Shown: one piece after another, positions 1 through 12,690 of the stretch
How the letters are laid out: each line of letters begins with the position of its first letter
How positions within the stretch are numbered: the stretch's first letter is position 1
Source of the DNA: Girardia tigrina
Lineage: Eukaryota
Assembly (NCBI GenBank): GCA_001938485.1
Contig: MQRK01233751.1
Location: forward strand, 7,110 to 59,261
Reading direction: 5' to 3'
Length of the DNA: 52,152 bases
Made by a program: the position numbers and the translations under genes
The notes under the pieces: generated by a model
The model's input: only the letters and a program-made list of their open reading frames with translations
Told to the model about the DNA's origin: nothing
Databases searched by the model: none

Positions 1-1479
1 CACTACATAATTACTCAATATTATGACATCATTGCCTAACCATTGACCTACTTTTTGCATTGTGCACAATCCGTTTTCTGAAATCCGCATTTCATACTTG
101 TACACCTAATATAATTTTAAAAAAATTTAATTAATACTTTTATCATTAACGTATCATAATAATAATTGTAGGTAAAAATGCTTTTAAATATTAATAATAA
201 AATTCTTAAATATTGAAAAAAAATAAAACGTTAAAATCTTTATTAATTAGAAATGTTTCCCAAAAAAAAGAAATAACATTAAACTAATTCTAAAATAATA
301 AAAAATCATTAAGGTTAATTTAGTAAAAATACGACAACAAAAATCTTGATTGTGGAAAAATTATGAATTTATGTATCACAAAATTATTCTTAATGTGCAC
401 CGATGAGACCGTTTTAAAAACCCGGATATTTTTAAGATTTGTAAAGTATTAACAATAAGTTAATAAACTAGATGTTTATATAAATTTATTTTATGAAACT
501 TACTGTAATATTTTGTGTCTTTGAAGATATCAGATTAATAAACATTTAAATAGGAACAGAATATTTTATCAGTAAAGTTTTTTACTTATAATAAAAATAT
601 GATTCGATCATATATTTTATTTGGAAAATGATATTTAATTTATAAAAGATTATAGAAATCTACTGTATTATATCATCGCAAAAAAAGAATAATAAAAATT
701 TAAATTATAAATGTTTTTAATTGCTCAACTTTGTGTAGATAAAACCATAAATTGAGTTATGAGTTTAAGTTCATTGGTTCCGATTGCGAATTGAAGTTTT
801 TGTAACCTTAAGTAACTAATTAGATCATTTTGCCAAAAAAACAAGTATTGAATTTTTACAATTTCGAAATAATCAATTTTTACATAATCAGTTTATAGTA
901 ATTAATACATTGTCTAATTTAACCATATTACTAAAAACGCCTAATGCATATAAATACAGATTCAATTGGCAAGAGATCTGGCATGTATAAAATATATTTA
1001 ATTTACGATTCGTATTATTTAAAGTTGTACTAATGTTGATTATTACATAAGATTTAAAAGAAATAAGGACTTCAAAAATAAACAGACCATTACTTATCTA
1101 CGCATTTGTAAGAGGTTGATCAATGATTGATTTTGTTTATAACATCTAATCAAAGATGCCGTAAAGTTTGATAAGATGGTACTGTTAGTATTCAAAATTT
1201 TTACACCTTTTTTATTATCTTTCTTGTTTTTTTATCAAATAATTTTTCTAATATTTTTTATTGTTAATCATTTTTGACTTATGTACAAAGAGAAATATAG
1301 CAATTAAAGTATTACAAAAAAATTCAAAACAATTAAACTTTAAAAAAATAAACGATTCTTTTGGATATTATAAAAAGGTAACTGCAGGTTAGATTATTTT
1401 ATAAATCGTTTTTTTAAAATTATAATTAGATAAAATATAAAATTGTTTAGAATAAGTAACAACCAGATTTTAAAAATGC

Positions 1480-2205
1480 CAGCAATTTTTTAAACCTTTT
1501 CTGCTTTTCAATGATATATTCCCAGATAAATTTAATCAAATGATTTAAACGTTCCTCTTATTTTATACCGCCCTTTTTTTCTTAAAAAACTTTTATCTCA
1601 ACCATAATCCTCGATGTTTTGAATAAGTATTTCAGGAGATTCTGGATACACAAAATATAAAAAAAAGGTTGATATTTGAATGTACAAAATTACCAATATC
1701 TGCAATTGCTGTTTCATATGCTCTTTATTTATCTATAATTATTTTATTGCTTGAAGAGGCATAACAAGGCAAATAGGAGAAATAGCTGTGGAATTTCTAT
1801 TTTAAATTGTTTTATAAACATTTTACGTGTTAACATTCGATATCTTCATTACCCACTGTCCGTATTAATTCTTCCATGGTTATATTTATTTTTAAAGAAA
1901 AGGTTTTCATCAATTTCTACAATTTGAGAATATCATCTTCATTAAAACCTCCCATTCATTCACTTATTGTGGCATTATATTCTTATGTAAAATCTTACAC
2001 CATTAAAAACCCGTATTACGGAGATTTTTAATGCATATGCAATATCTAGAAAAGCTTCCCTTTTTAAATATTTGTAAAAATACGCATAATTGATTTAAAA
2101 GGTGGTTTAATTTTCCAAAATGCTGTTGGAAGGAACAGTGAAAGAATAGTCGCGTGGTTATTTACAGACAGAATAATATCTATCTAGAGCAGATTTATGT
2201 ACGCT
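1480..2205 (-). mobile_element. Merlin (ISXO2/IS1595-like) DDE transposase pseudogene
   Basis: Minus-strand translation across frameshifts gives GGFNEDDILKIVEIDENLFFKNKYNHGRIN.GQWV ... NRNS ... IIIDK*RAY ... YFVYPESPEILIQNIE. This matches the ISXO2 consensus VEIDE..F.KRKYNRGR, TD.W.AY and NFVDP...HTQNIE. Many stops and frameshifts; boundaries approximate. Confidence 0.8.
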
Positions 2206-2524
2206 GTGTAAAATAAACTACAAAAACGATTCTTGGATAAAGTTATTCAGACTAATTATAATTATTATATAATTATATAATTATTATATAATTATAGATA
2301 AATAAATCAACAGTAAATTTTCAATTTAGAAAAAGTTCATAATTTTATTCATCATATCGTGGTAGAATTGAGTTTCCCTTTCGAGTTATTTTTCTTCGAG
2401 AGACATTTAAAATTTCATTTAAATTCTGAATTCATTTAGTTCACTCATTTCCACTACATCTAATACAACTTTTTCTTGATCATTATTATGCATGATATTA
2501 CAATCTGAATTAAAATGTTATATC

Positions 2525-3383
2525 ACAGTAATTCATGGACTGGAGAAATATTAATCGACCGATTTCTCTTTATATTGTATTGATAAACGGTTCGTTTTAA
2601 AATATTGGTCCAATTATTTGAACGATTGCTATTCATAACTGATAAAAGCATTCGCTTCGATGTAAATTAAAGCGCCGATTTGGACATGGATCCGTAGATG
2701 GTACAGCGCACCAAAAACTTGTCATATATTAAATAATGAACATAACGAAGCGATTTTTTCGATTTCGAAATTCAGTTCCGCTATCGCTATATAATTCAAG
2801 TGGAATAATAGGATTGTAAAATAGTTCTTCAAGATGAACATAAACTTCATTTGCTGATTTAAACACATGGTAAAGCCCATTAAAACCTACTAAAACAATT
2901 AATTATAGTTAAATATATTTAAAGCCTTGATTATCATTCTCATACTCTTGCACATATGTGAAATCAATCTGAAGAGTTCTACTTTTCTAAATTGTACTAT
3001 TGGAGTTAATTGGGTGTTTGATGTTTGGACATTTCTTCTAAAACAAATAGAACAATCCCATAAAACAGATTTTACATCTTCAAATTTAATATTATAATAC
3101 CTTTTTTTAGTTCGTCATCTATATAGCTTACACTCCTCAATGAATAATCAAATGTATTATATCAATCTTATTATTTTTTAAAAAACTGAGTTCTTCAATG
3201 TATTCCAATGGACCAAAATTGTTTTGTATTACAAATGTTTTTGATTTACAATAGCATTATAGGTGCACAAGATTTAAAATTACGTTTGATATTGTAATCA
3301 AGGTTGTTTGGTAGAATTATGTTAGTGAAAGTTAAAATATATTGTTGATTTTCTTGTGCGTTTACCTTGATCGGTTCTAACAT
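2525..3383 (-). mobile_element. Retroviral-type integrase pseudogene (Ginger/KRBA2/SCAND3-like)
   Basis: Minus strand has a CxxC motif (WDCSICFRR), then LQIDFTYVQEYENDNQGFKYILTIINCFSRF, KSANEVYVHLEELF...LYSDSGTEFRN and NWTNILKRTVYQYN...SINISP, i.e. a zinc-binding domain plus rve core. No RT/RNase H is adjacent. Disrupted by stops and frameshifts. Confidence 0.8.
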
Positions 3384-3661
3384 GTTTAAAAAAATTTTCT
3401 GCGGTATTTATTTTTTAAATAAAATTCCAATGTTATCTATGAATCGAGCTTTATAGTTTATTTGACTTCACTGCAGATTTTATTACCAATAAAGGAGGAG
3501 GTCAGGACGGGCAGTTTATGCAGCAATATTCCTGATAATATTCACATTTGCCAACCATTTAATGCTGCTACTAGTGTGTTGAGAATGTGGCATAATGATC
3601 TTCCGTAAATTTAATGCACATTATTTCTTCATCGAAGTGAATATTTTCTCGATTACTAATA

Positions 3662-3909
3662 CAGTAGATACCGCTTAAAGAGACTATTTTTGGGACTTGA
3701 AAAAATGTTCTCTATAACCGATATTTCTCTTTAACAGATACTTTTTATAAGGATAATTTTTTAAAAAATATCAAAAAAAACCTTACTAATCAACACATTT
3801 ATTTTTTAAAAATAAACTCAGTTATTTTTCGCAAAGTTTATTTTTCAAAAAGTTCTCTTTAACCGATTTTATTCTCTTTAAGCAAGTTCTCTATAAGCGA
3901 AATCTACTG
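3662..3909. mobile_element. 248-bp MITE with pogo/Tigger-type TIRs and TA target duplication
   Basis: Left end is TA|CAGTAGATACCGCTTAAAGAGA. Right end reverse-complements to TA|CAGTAGATTTCGCTTATAGAGA. Internal TTCTCT(T/A)TAA subterminal repeats. A lone similar end (GAAATCTACTGTA) lies at 655-667. Confidence 0.85.
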
Positions 3910-4509
3910 TATATTGTTGTTTCATTAAAAGGTGTTTTAATTTTTTAACAAAACGCAGTCTAATCAGCGGCTACCTGTAAAAATAACATTAAACTCTGTA
4001 TTATTTTTAAGAATTAATGGATAGTGCAATCTCAATATTTGTGATTTCTAGATTTATTATCTTTCTGAAAAAACGACACGTCGTAAATTTAGAAGATTGG
4101 TTGTAATTCAAATATTTTAATAAAAGTTGCACGGTGCGAACATATTTATCAAGAATTTTCATAATTTGATTATGGGATTTAAATATTGTGCCCATAATAG
4201 CTATTTTTAATTGATTTTCTCGAAAAATTCCTTATACCATGTTTTTTAATCGTAATTCAATAAATGTAAAAATAATTATAAGTTACTAAAAGGTTGAAAT
4301 AAATCTGCAAAATACAGAAATATATTCATAAAAGCAATTAATAAATAATAATTTATTAAGTATCAAAAAAATTCAATTAAATATTTAAAATTGGTATATA
4401 CTGTTAAGCAAAGAATTATAATTTACGTGATAATACAAATTTTGTGCTAAGTTGATATTTATAAATTAGAATCTTTAAAAAAAGATATAGTAAAAAGTTT
4501 TTAATTACA

Positions 4510-4974
4510 TTAGAGTCGTGTTTTTTTGAGTCTCATGTTCTTTAAAAAAACATAATTAAAAAGGAAATTTTCAAAAAATATTTGACCAATTTTTTTTATG
4601 ATAAAAACATAAGTTTCTTTAACATTCCCTATATATACTTCTACAAACTGATCGAAATTCCATGTCTTATTTTTGATATTCACACAATATTTAAAATCTT
4701 GTTCTTTAATAACTGAAAATATTCTCATTTCTTCAGAATTCAGAAAACTACATTTATAAAAATCAATTTTTTCTACACAAACCATCCCTTTAAATTCATA
4801 TTCGTTGCCTTTTAAACTAATGGCTTGGTCGATATTCTTCATATAACTTCTTTGTAAATGAAATTCATTTGTGCACTTAAAAATTAAAATTTCGGGATAA
4901 TTTTTAACATCAGGGAAACTTTTTAAAATAACACTTGATTTATGTTTTTTTAGAATGCTAAAAAAGTCTTGCAT
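4510..4974 (-). CDS. 154-aa ORF, possibly a C-terminal fragment of an inactive USP (USP53/54-like) domain
   Basis: Open 465-bp frame in very AT-rich DNA. The order PEILIF ... YEFKGMVC ... WNFDQFVEVYIG ... YVFIIKK resembles the USP His-box region, but the catalytic His is absent. Identification is tentative. Confidence 0.35.
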   Translation of the reverse strand: MQDFFSILKKHKSSVILKSFPDVKNYPEILIFKCTNEFHLQRSYMKNIDQAISLKGNEYEFKGMVCVEKIDFYKCSFLNSEEMRIFSVIKEQDFKYCVNIKNKTWNFDQFVEVYIGNVKETYVFIIKKIGQIFFENFLFNYVFLKNMRLKKTRL

Positions 4975-5132
4975 TTCGATTTTAGGAATAATGAGCTTAT
5001 GTGATCATTTTTTCTTTATTAAATTGTCTTTTAGATGTTAATATTTCAGTATAATAATTATTTATATAATAATTATTATACTATTATAATTAGTATAATA
5101 ATTATTTATATCAGTATTATAATTATTTGTCT

Positions 5133-6002
5133 TCATTCTTACCGGGCCCGGCTCTCTCTTTAGTTGACGGACCCTAGCATCTTCCAAATTGAGGGACCTC
5201 ACCATCCGGTTGATGGTGTAACTGATCGTCATCTGTGATTGCTTGTCTGAAATCACGAGAGATCAGCGCGTATTTTATGGCGCTAAACCAAATGAATTTA
5301 CTTCTTTAGACGATCGACGCCGAACTGGGCTATCCTTGTGATGATGCCCATTGCTCTTCTTCTGACCTCAACAGGCGCATCAATGTTTTCATAATTTTTG
5401 ACATAAAAACCAATTAATTGGTTGTAATGGGGAATATTTATTTTTTGAAGCGCTCGATCGTCCACCCTTGAAAGATATTCATTATATATTCGACAAATAT
5501 TAAATAAAGGGCACTCACAATTCTAGATATCGCTACTCATACGTCTAGAATAATTCACAAGTATTAATTAGAATAAATAATCAATAATGATCATTACTTG
5601 TGCGGCACCATTCTGTAGTTCATATAGTTTCTGAACGACCATGTCGTACCGATGCTCGAATTCGAAACTCAGTTCGATCATCCTCAGGTCTGTTGAAATT
5701 AGAGAAAAAAAGGATTTTGATAATGTGATGATAAAATATACTTGGACTTACTTTCGAGCATCGCTTGATTCATGTATGTGCCATGAATTACTATGGACAG
5801 GCCTTTTATCAGTTTTTCTAATTTTGCGACCCGCGTCGGTATGTCATTGACGTTCTTTATTGTGTTTTCAATTTTGTCTCTACCTTTTACGATACTACAC
5901 ATTTATTAGTTAAAGGAACATTGAAAGAATCAAAACTAACATTTAATCGGGTTGCAGTTGATTTGGTTGTTCTTGCTCCGCATTGTTTTTCATTTCCTCG
6001 AT
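5133..6002 (-). pseudogene. Unknown multi-exon module gene, copy A
   Basis: Homologous to 9815-10689 with the same short GT-AG introns (gttagttttg...gtgtag; gtaagtccaag; gtaatgatc; gtgagtgcc; gtaaattcatttgg). Frameshifted. Confidence 0.7.
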
Positions 6003-6062
6003 CTAAAATTAAAATATATATGTAGTGACCCAGTCACATATATATTACTATTATATAATAAT

Positions 6063-6128
<66 letters not shown>

Positions 6129-6178
6129 NNNNNNNNNNNNNNNNNNNNNNNNNNNNNNNNNNNNNNNNNNNNNNNNNN

Positions 6179-6226
<48 letters not shown>

Positions 6227-6238
6227 TATATATATATA
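6063..6238. repeat. (TA)n microsatellite spanning an assembly gap
   Basis: Seen directly. Similar tracts lie near 10757, 12768, 16051, 18988-19153, 19871, 21548, 23015 and 26638. Confidence 0.95.
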
Positions 6239-6866
6239 AATAAACGAATCAATATTAATATTATTAATCGGTATCCTTATGAGTATTGGGAATTTTCTGT
6301 ACGGATTTCTCATAAGCCGATAGGAAATTCACGAAATCAGCGATTGCGATAGAACGAGCGTCCAGTGTCGAAGGTTGATATTCACCTTACCGAAGTATCG
6401 TTTTATTTCACGAATATCAATAAATATTTTAATAAAATTCAAATAAAATAATTATTTTTTAAAATACTGATTTATCTGTTCTGTTTTGATTGACTCATTT
6501 TTCTACTAAAATAATATTTTAAACCAAATGAATTTATAAAGAATATTTTAAAATTCCAATTTGAAATATTTCATTATCATTCTAATTAATTTTAGAATTT
6601 TCAATTCCAAATAATTTTTGAAATTTGATCAGCGAATTCAACTAACTAGCTCCCCCGATATTATATTAAACTTTCTACTTTTCCTAATTTAACTATCTTT
6701 TCAAATACTAATATTTTAATAAAATTCAAATAAAATTATTATTTTTTAAAATTTAATATTTTTTTTATATCGAGAGAATCGAATAACACTTTGTCTTTGA
6801 ATTTGTTGCCGATAATCGCTGTTGCTGAAAATTCATTTGATAATTTAATGGGGAAATATACGTGCA

Positions 6867-7280
6867 CTAACTTGGTGGATCGATATATGTCCTCCATATA
6901 TCGTGTGACAGTTTTTCTTTCATTTGTTCCAAAATGAGAATTGGTGTCATGCGTCTGGAAAGATTCGTATTAATATTGTATTGTTGTATTGATGTGCTCA
7001 TATATAGGATTTTGTCGCTATAATGCCAAAAAATATCAGACTTGATCAATAATAAGACTTTATCAATAATAAAATAGTGATCAGTACGACCATCAACTTC
7101 AATTGTTGTTTTTAAATCCTTTGATATTTTTTCGAAAATATCAAGTCCAATTTCTTCTACGACTTCCCGTCGAAAGCAATGGTCAGGAAGCTCATCCTTC
7201 TCCATTTTCCCTCCCGGGAATTCCCAACGTGTTGAAAGAAATACCTTGACCATTCTTAAATTGTCTGATATTTTTTCCAT
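6867..7280 (-). pseudogene. DCP2: DCP2-like Nudix exon in a chimeric ORF
   Basis: Perfect Nudix box GGKMEKDELPDHCFRREVVEEIGL (Gx5Ex7REUxEExGU), preceded by STRWEFP and followed by DIFEKISKDLKTTIEVDGRTDHYFIID, collinear with the DCP2 catalytic domain. The 3' part switches to Box A-like (WHYSD) and then module-like sequence. Confidence 0.75.
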
Positions 7281-8000
7281 AATATCACATTCTAAACTTT
7301 AATGAGCTTCTTAATGACATGAATATTATGGCACTAAAGTAAATCAACAAATCGTTCACTGTTAGGAATTTCACTGATTGAAAAAAGCCACATCCGATTG
7401 TTTCGTGTTAAAAATCAGAAAATTTTGAGAACGATTCAAATTTCAAATAAAAAACAAAAATTTCTCTTTTTCTCAATCTCTTTCAATCAATTTTTCTCGA
7501 ATTCTAATTTCAATTTCCAATCGAAATAATTCCGCAAAATTTTTAAATCAGAAAAAACTGCTATGATTTTTCAGAATGCCATTCAAATTGTAACATCTAA
7601 TAATGAAAAAATATTTTTTTTGCTAAACCAGTCTAACAATAATTGTTCCTAAACGCAACATTCATAATTTTGAGCAACATTTTTATTTTAGCTTTGATCT
7701 GAAACTTTCCATTTTTCAACAAATTTTATTGTTTTCACCTGCTCAAATACTTTATAATTTTATAATAAAATTGTGAAAAGAATTGGTTTTTTGTTGATTC
7801 ACATTATTATGGAATTTTTCGGCGTTTGTTTAATCGAATCATTTTGTTTATATTTGAGCGTAAAAAATATTGTTGACAAAAAAAATAATTGCGTGATCGA
7901 GTTTTGTGAATTTAAAAAAAGAAATAATAAAATTATTTTCGGCGCGAAAGGGTTTTTGATTTTTTGCTTGCAATTCGCCATTCTCAATTTTCAAATTTTC

Positions 8001-8226
8001 ATGGAATTACAACAACTTTTCCAGATAACTCCCGCCATTTTGATTAAATTTAAAGTTACTTTCAAAGAAATAATTACGAAAATATTATTGATCAAAAACC
8101 CGACGGATAAATGAGGTATTTAAAATCAAAATAACGACACCGAAACAGTACTGTGTGAGACCGAGCGTTGAATTTGTCTCGCCGCAACAGTCCAAAGAAA
8201 TATCGATCAAACTGCAAATTCAATGA
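8001..8226 (+). pseudogene. VAP (VAMP-associated protein) MSP-domain fragment
   Basis: MELQQLFQITPAILIKFKVTFKEIITKILLIKNPTDK, then a frameshift, then VFKIKITTPKQYCVRPSVEFVSP. This matches the VAP signature FK(V/I)KTT.P..YCVRP. Stop/frameshift at ~8112; no introns. Confidence 0.85.
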
Positions 8227-8880
8227 ATGATAAAGCTGAGAATTTACCAAACCTAAAATTGTATGGCGTGTCTGAAGTCGGTTTTGTAAGTATGGTTGAT
8301 TCTTCGATCAATTCACTAGATGATAAATTTGAGAAACTGATTAATAAAAACATGAAACTCAAAGAACAAGTGGAGTCATTGAAAAAGTTGGTAATTGAGT
8401 AGACATTTAAACTGGAAACTGTAACAATCACCGAACCGAACAACTTAGAAAAGGACAATTCACTGAAAGACGAAATCGATGTCACTGTAGAGAATAAACT
8501 CGATATCATCAGTGGCGTGGCCGATGAACAGATTTGTATTAGAAATGTCAGAATATTTATGCAGCTAAAAACGCGATACGACCCGGATTTTTTAGACGAG
8601 GAATTGGAGAATCGAATTGGATCAGCAAGAGAGACGGGAGAACCCCCTGATCGGGCCGAAGCCACGGGTTATAAAAGAGAAAGATATCGAATTCGGCTTT
8701 GAGGAGAAAGGAGAAATTATGTTAGCTGACATATTTGACAGGGGTGAGCGTCACATTTTGAGTTTCCCGCGTCCCGCAATCCCCCCCCTTTCGTCAGCCC
8801 TCCGCGGCCACTTCGCATCACCCGCTCTTGCACAACCACCGATCGTTCGATCGATCGTAAAATATGATAGTCGATCGTGA
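8223..8880 (+). pseudogene. Degenerate coiled-coil/acidic coding sequence following the VAP fragment
   Basis: SLDDKFEKLINKNMKLKEQVESLKKLV heptads, then overlapping ORFs 8517-8702 and 8617-8880 with coding-like GC. No family recognised. Confidence 0.35.
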
Positions 8881-9814
8881 CTTCAATGGAACGATTTTTT
8901 GACAACATTACTTACATGCTTGTTGGTTTTTTATTTGGAATCGCGTGAGCATTCTGATGATTGTACACTTAAATTCAAGGAATACTTTAAAATTCTGTAC
9001 AATGAACTTTTACTTATTCAATTTTTTGGTGGTTTTCCTCATTGGCTTTTCTTTTTTATTGTACGTTTAACCTTTCACACCATTTGATGAATCTGTACAG
9101 TAAATTTTCTGTCGGTTTTTGATGAGACAATAGAGACAACTCGCTCCTATTTCTTGATAATTAAATAATTAGTTTAGTAAATAATTTTTTTGAAAACATT
9201 CACTTGCACAATCTTTCAAAATATTAACTCGTTTTTACCTTTTTGATGACGTTTTAAATTAACTTTCGCGCTTGTAAATTACTGATTCGTATCTATTTTA
9301 AATTAGAGATTAAAACAATCAAGGTGTAAAGAGTAATATATCCGCTTAATTCTTAATAATTATTCCTACATGAATTAATATACAACAATAAAATATCCAA
9401 ATATTTTGCAACACGAATAATTTATTAAAAATAATTTTCATGATTTGAGAATTTCAAATGGAATAAAGGGCTCTCACAATTCCAGATATCGCTGCTCATA
9501 CGTCTGGAATAATTCGCATGAGTATTAATTGCAATTAATTCATAAATAATCACAAATTAATTAATAAATATTCACAAATTAATTCATAAATAATCACAAA
9601 ATAAATAAATTAATTTAGAAAATAGAAAGTAAGAGTAACAATTTTTATTTTTATAAACAATAATATTTACATGGGTTTCGTCACAAGAATATTATTGTCC
9701 TTGATAGAAAAAACAGTAATTATCTGCGTTCATTGGAGGATTATTCGCATTTAAAAATGCCAAACCTGTGTTCTAGAATTTACATAATTAATACGCAATT
9801 ATAATCATTTGTCT

Positions 9815-10689
9815 TCATTCTCTAACCGGTGCTTCTAAATTCAGATCACCATAGATCATCAACTCTTCAAAAACGAGGGAGACCATCAGCCGGTTGATGG
9901 TGTAGTTGATAGTATCACTCGAGGTATCGTCTGAAGTCACGAGAGATCAGCGCGTATTTTATGGCACTAAACCAAATGAATTTACCCATGGGATTATTTC
10001 GGAGGCGATTGACGCCAAATTGAGCATTCGCGGTGATGATGCCCATTGCCGTTCTTCTGGCCTCAACAGCCTCGGCAATGGTATTATTTTTTGGCTTTCT
10101 TTGTAGAATTTTAATACGCGTTCCTTGTGCGGAACACTAGTACTGGCACGCCTGCAAAGATAATGATTAGCTATGCGACACAAATCGAATAAATGGCACT
10201 CACATTTGGACGTATCGCTGCTTGTACGTCTGGAATCATTCACACGAGTATTAATTGGAATAAATAATCAATAATGATCATTACTTGCGTCGTACCATTC
10301 TGCAGTTCATATATTTTCTGAACGGCCAAGTCCCACTGAACTTCATATTCAAATGCTTGCTTCAGTTTTTCTTCTTCTGAAATTGCGGAAAAACGATTTG
10401 ATTTATTTGATGATAAAATATACTTGGACTTACTTTCGAGCACCGCTTGATTCATTGATGTGCCATGAAATACTACGACAGACCTTTTATCAGTTTTTCT
10501 AATTTTGTGACCCGCGTCGGTATGTAGTTGACGTTCTTTATTGTGTTTTCAATTTCGTCTCTACCTTTTATGATACTACACATTTATTAGTTAAAGGAAC
10601 ATTGAAAGAATCAAAACTAACATCTCATCGGGTTGCAGTTGATTTGGTTGTTCTTGCAATTGCACCGCATTGTTTTTCATTTCCTCGAT
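9815..10689 (-). pseudogene. Unknown multi-exon module gene, copy B (best preserved; 6 exons)
   Basis: Manual splicing of 5 GT-AG introns gives IEEMKNNAVQ...IIKGRDEIENTIKNV...KLKQAFEYEVQWDLAVQKIYELQNGTTQTYKQRYVQMRASTSVPHKERVLKFYKE...EAVEARRTAMGII...DTINYTINRLMVSLVFEELMIYGDLNLEAPVRE*. Two small frameshifts are needed. Confidence 0.75.
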
Positions 10690-10751
10690 CTAAAATTAAA
10701 ATATATATGTAGTGACCCAGTCACATATATATTACTATTATATAATAATTT

Positions 10752-10790
<39 letters not shown>

Positions 10791-11224
10791 CAATATTAAT
10801 ATTATTAATCGGTATCCTTGTGAGTATTGGGAATTTTCTGTACGGATTTCTCATAAACCGATCGGAAATTCACGAAATCAGCGATTGCGATAGAACGAGC
10901 GTTCAGTGTCGATATTCACGTTATCGATATTGCATGGTATTACAGAGGAATGTTTATTACAGATTAAATCAAAAATTTTAATGATTTTATAAAAAAATAC
11001 GTAACAATTTAAAATGTACAATGGCGTTTAAAAAAGCGATCCATATTTATTCCATTTTTTACTTTTTTATAGATAATACTTTTTATAAAATAAAAATTTC
11101 TTAAACCATTTTTAGATGCGTAAAATGATGTATATTTTTTAGTATCTTTTATTAGTCATATATAATTAACTATATATAAATTTACTTTAATATTTTTATT
11201 TTCTCTAATTACATATATAATCCC

Positions 11225-11400
11225 GTTATGGCTATAATGCCATCACATTGCTTCTATTATGGCAGCAAGTTTTCCCGTAGTGTTTTTACCTGGTTGATAA
11301 CGTCTACAAAAAAATTATAATAATGAAAAAACACGAAGGAACCTTAAAAATAACTTTCTAGTATAATATTTCCCAGATTTCCTCACGAATCTGATTCATT
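11225..11400 (-). pseudogene. DCP2: DCP2-like Box A fragment (exons 1-2)
   Basis: EEIWEILY / RYQPGKNTTGKLAAIIEAM*WHY, homologous to 12311-12690, with an internal TGA. Confidence 0.65.
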
Positions 11401-11882
11401 TTATGATAAATAACAATAACAATCCAGTAACAATCTAAAATAACAATCCAAATAACAATATTCAAAATAAGTAAATAAAGAAAAACTCATCAAACTTTTA
11501 ATTTTGAATAAAACAGACAGTATATCATCTTCAGATCATTCAGCTCTTTATGTATTAAAATATTGATTCCTTTTATTGCTTGATGTATAGATACTTTCTG
11601 ATTAGAAGTATCTGCAGTGACAATACGGTATATTCTTGTCTAGCAATTCTTGATCAACCTTCTACAATCAATCAATCAATAATTGTCATTATCATTAAGG
11701 AGCAATTTACCGAGTCTTTATTTATGGTCATCAGACGCTCGTGCTCTATCTTCATCGAATATATCAGGTGGTTGAGCGTGAAGTTCACAATATATCGTGA
11801 TCGTTCAACACCAAATCAAAAGATGGTGTTGCGTAATTACGATACTGGAATCAAATCAATTTACCCTTGATTTCTTAACCCT

Positions 11883-12243
11883 TAAATATTCTATTAATTC
11901 TTTATAGGAAATTTATCTATGATCTCGACTCCACATAAGTGTTTTTTGAACTTTGCCGGACCCTCAAGACTGTAATCGTCCCAGAGTTCACCCTTCTTGA
12001 ATTTGTGGTTGTTGATTCACAACGGTGTCCTAAACGTGCTAATAATTAAGTTTCTTTTAATATTTCTTTTATGTTCGAGATGTAGTTTAGGACGTTGTGA
12101 GATAAATATTGGAGTTAATAGTTAGTAATTTTTCGAAAAGAATATGTGATATAGCTCTTTCTACAGTAGTTACAATTAAGACTTAATATGAATAATATAA
12201 TATGACAGACAAAAATGAGCAATTTCAATCATAAAAATAATTA
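11883..12243. repeat. ~360-bp block duplicated at 40585-40945 (unidentified degenerate exon)
   Basis: Near-identical sequence (ctattaattctttataggaaatttatctatgatctcgactccacataag...) at both sites. The minus frame reads NHKFKKG.LWDD.SLEG.AK..KHLCGVEIIDKFPIK. Confidence 0.85.
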
Positions 12244-12310
12244 TTAAAAATAAGTATAATATTATAATATATATTATAAAAATAAATAATTAATACAATC
12301 GATGGTGTCA

Positions 12311-12690
12311 CTTCTTTACAAGTTTTATTTAAAATTATTGCGTTATTTGCTTCTCCTCATTCCACTGCTTTAACTCATTTTCCCACGAGGTCAAATTTGT
12401 AAATTTATGGCCATATTTTTGAAAAACTGTAAATAAAATAAATTTCGCGTAATGTAAATTAATTTATGCTTACATTTGTGTCCAAATTCCTCTAGTTTGA
12501 TGTGTTGTGAATTCCTATCATCCACATAATTGTCTGTATAATGCCACCACATTGTTTCTATAATGGCACCAAGTTTTTCCAAAGTTTTTTTAGCTGGTTG
12601 ATAACGTCTACAAAAAATTATAATAATGAAAAAACACGAAGGAACCTTAAAAAACTTACTAGTATAATATTTCCCAGATTTCGTCACTAA
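12311..12690 (-). pseudogene. DCP2: DCP2-like Box A/regulatory domain (3 exons)
   Basis: Spliced: DEIWEILY / RYQPAKKTLEKLGAIIETMWWHYTDNYVDDRNSQHIKLEEFGHK / FFQKYGHKFTNLTSWENELKQWNEEKQ..AIILNKTCKE. This aligns to DCP2 LDDLCSRF..FQIELAHWFYLDFY..IRDFAKAVF..WKEYK..GAIILDETLE. A stop forms at the exon 1/2 junction and exon 3 has a deletion. Confidence 0.75.

Noticed and set aside
398-432. CCGATGAGACCG...CCGG hammerhead-like string
   Set aside because: Core U4 is substituted and GAAA is absent.
5952-6313. IYIYIY/X-rich ORFs here and at 15922, 18941, 19546-19994 and 21490-21932
   Set aside because: These are translations of (TA)n tracts and N gaps.
7936-7949. E2F-like site (TTTCGCGC on minus) upstream of the VAP fragment
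   Set aside because: A single short motif before a pseudogene, with no supporting evidence.
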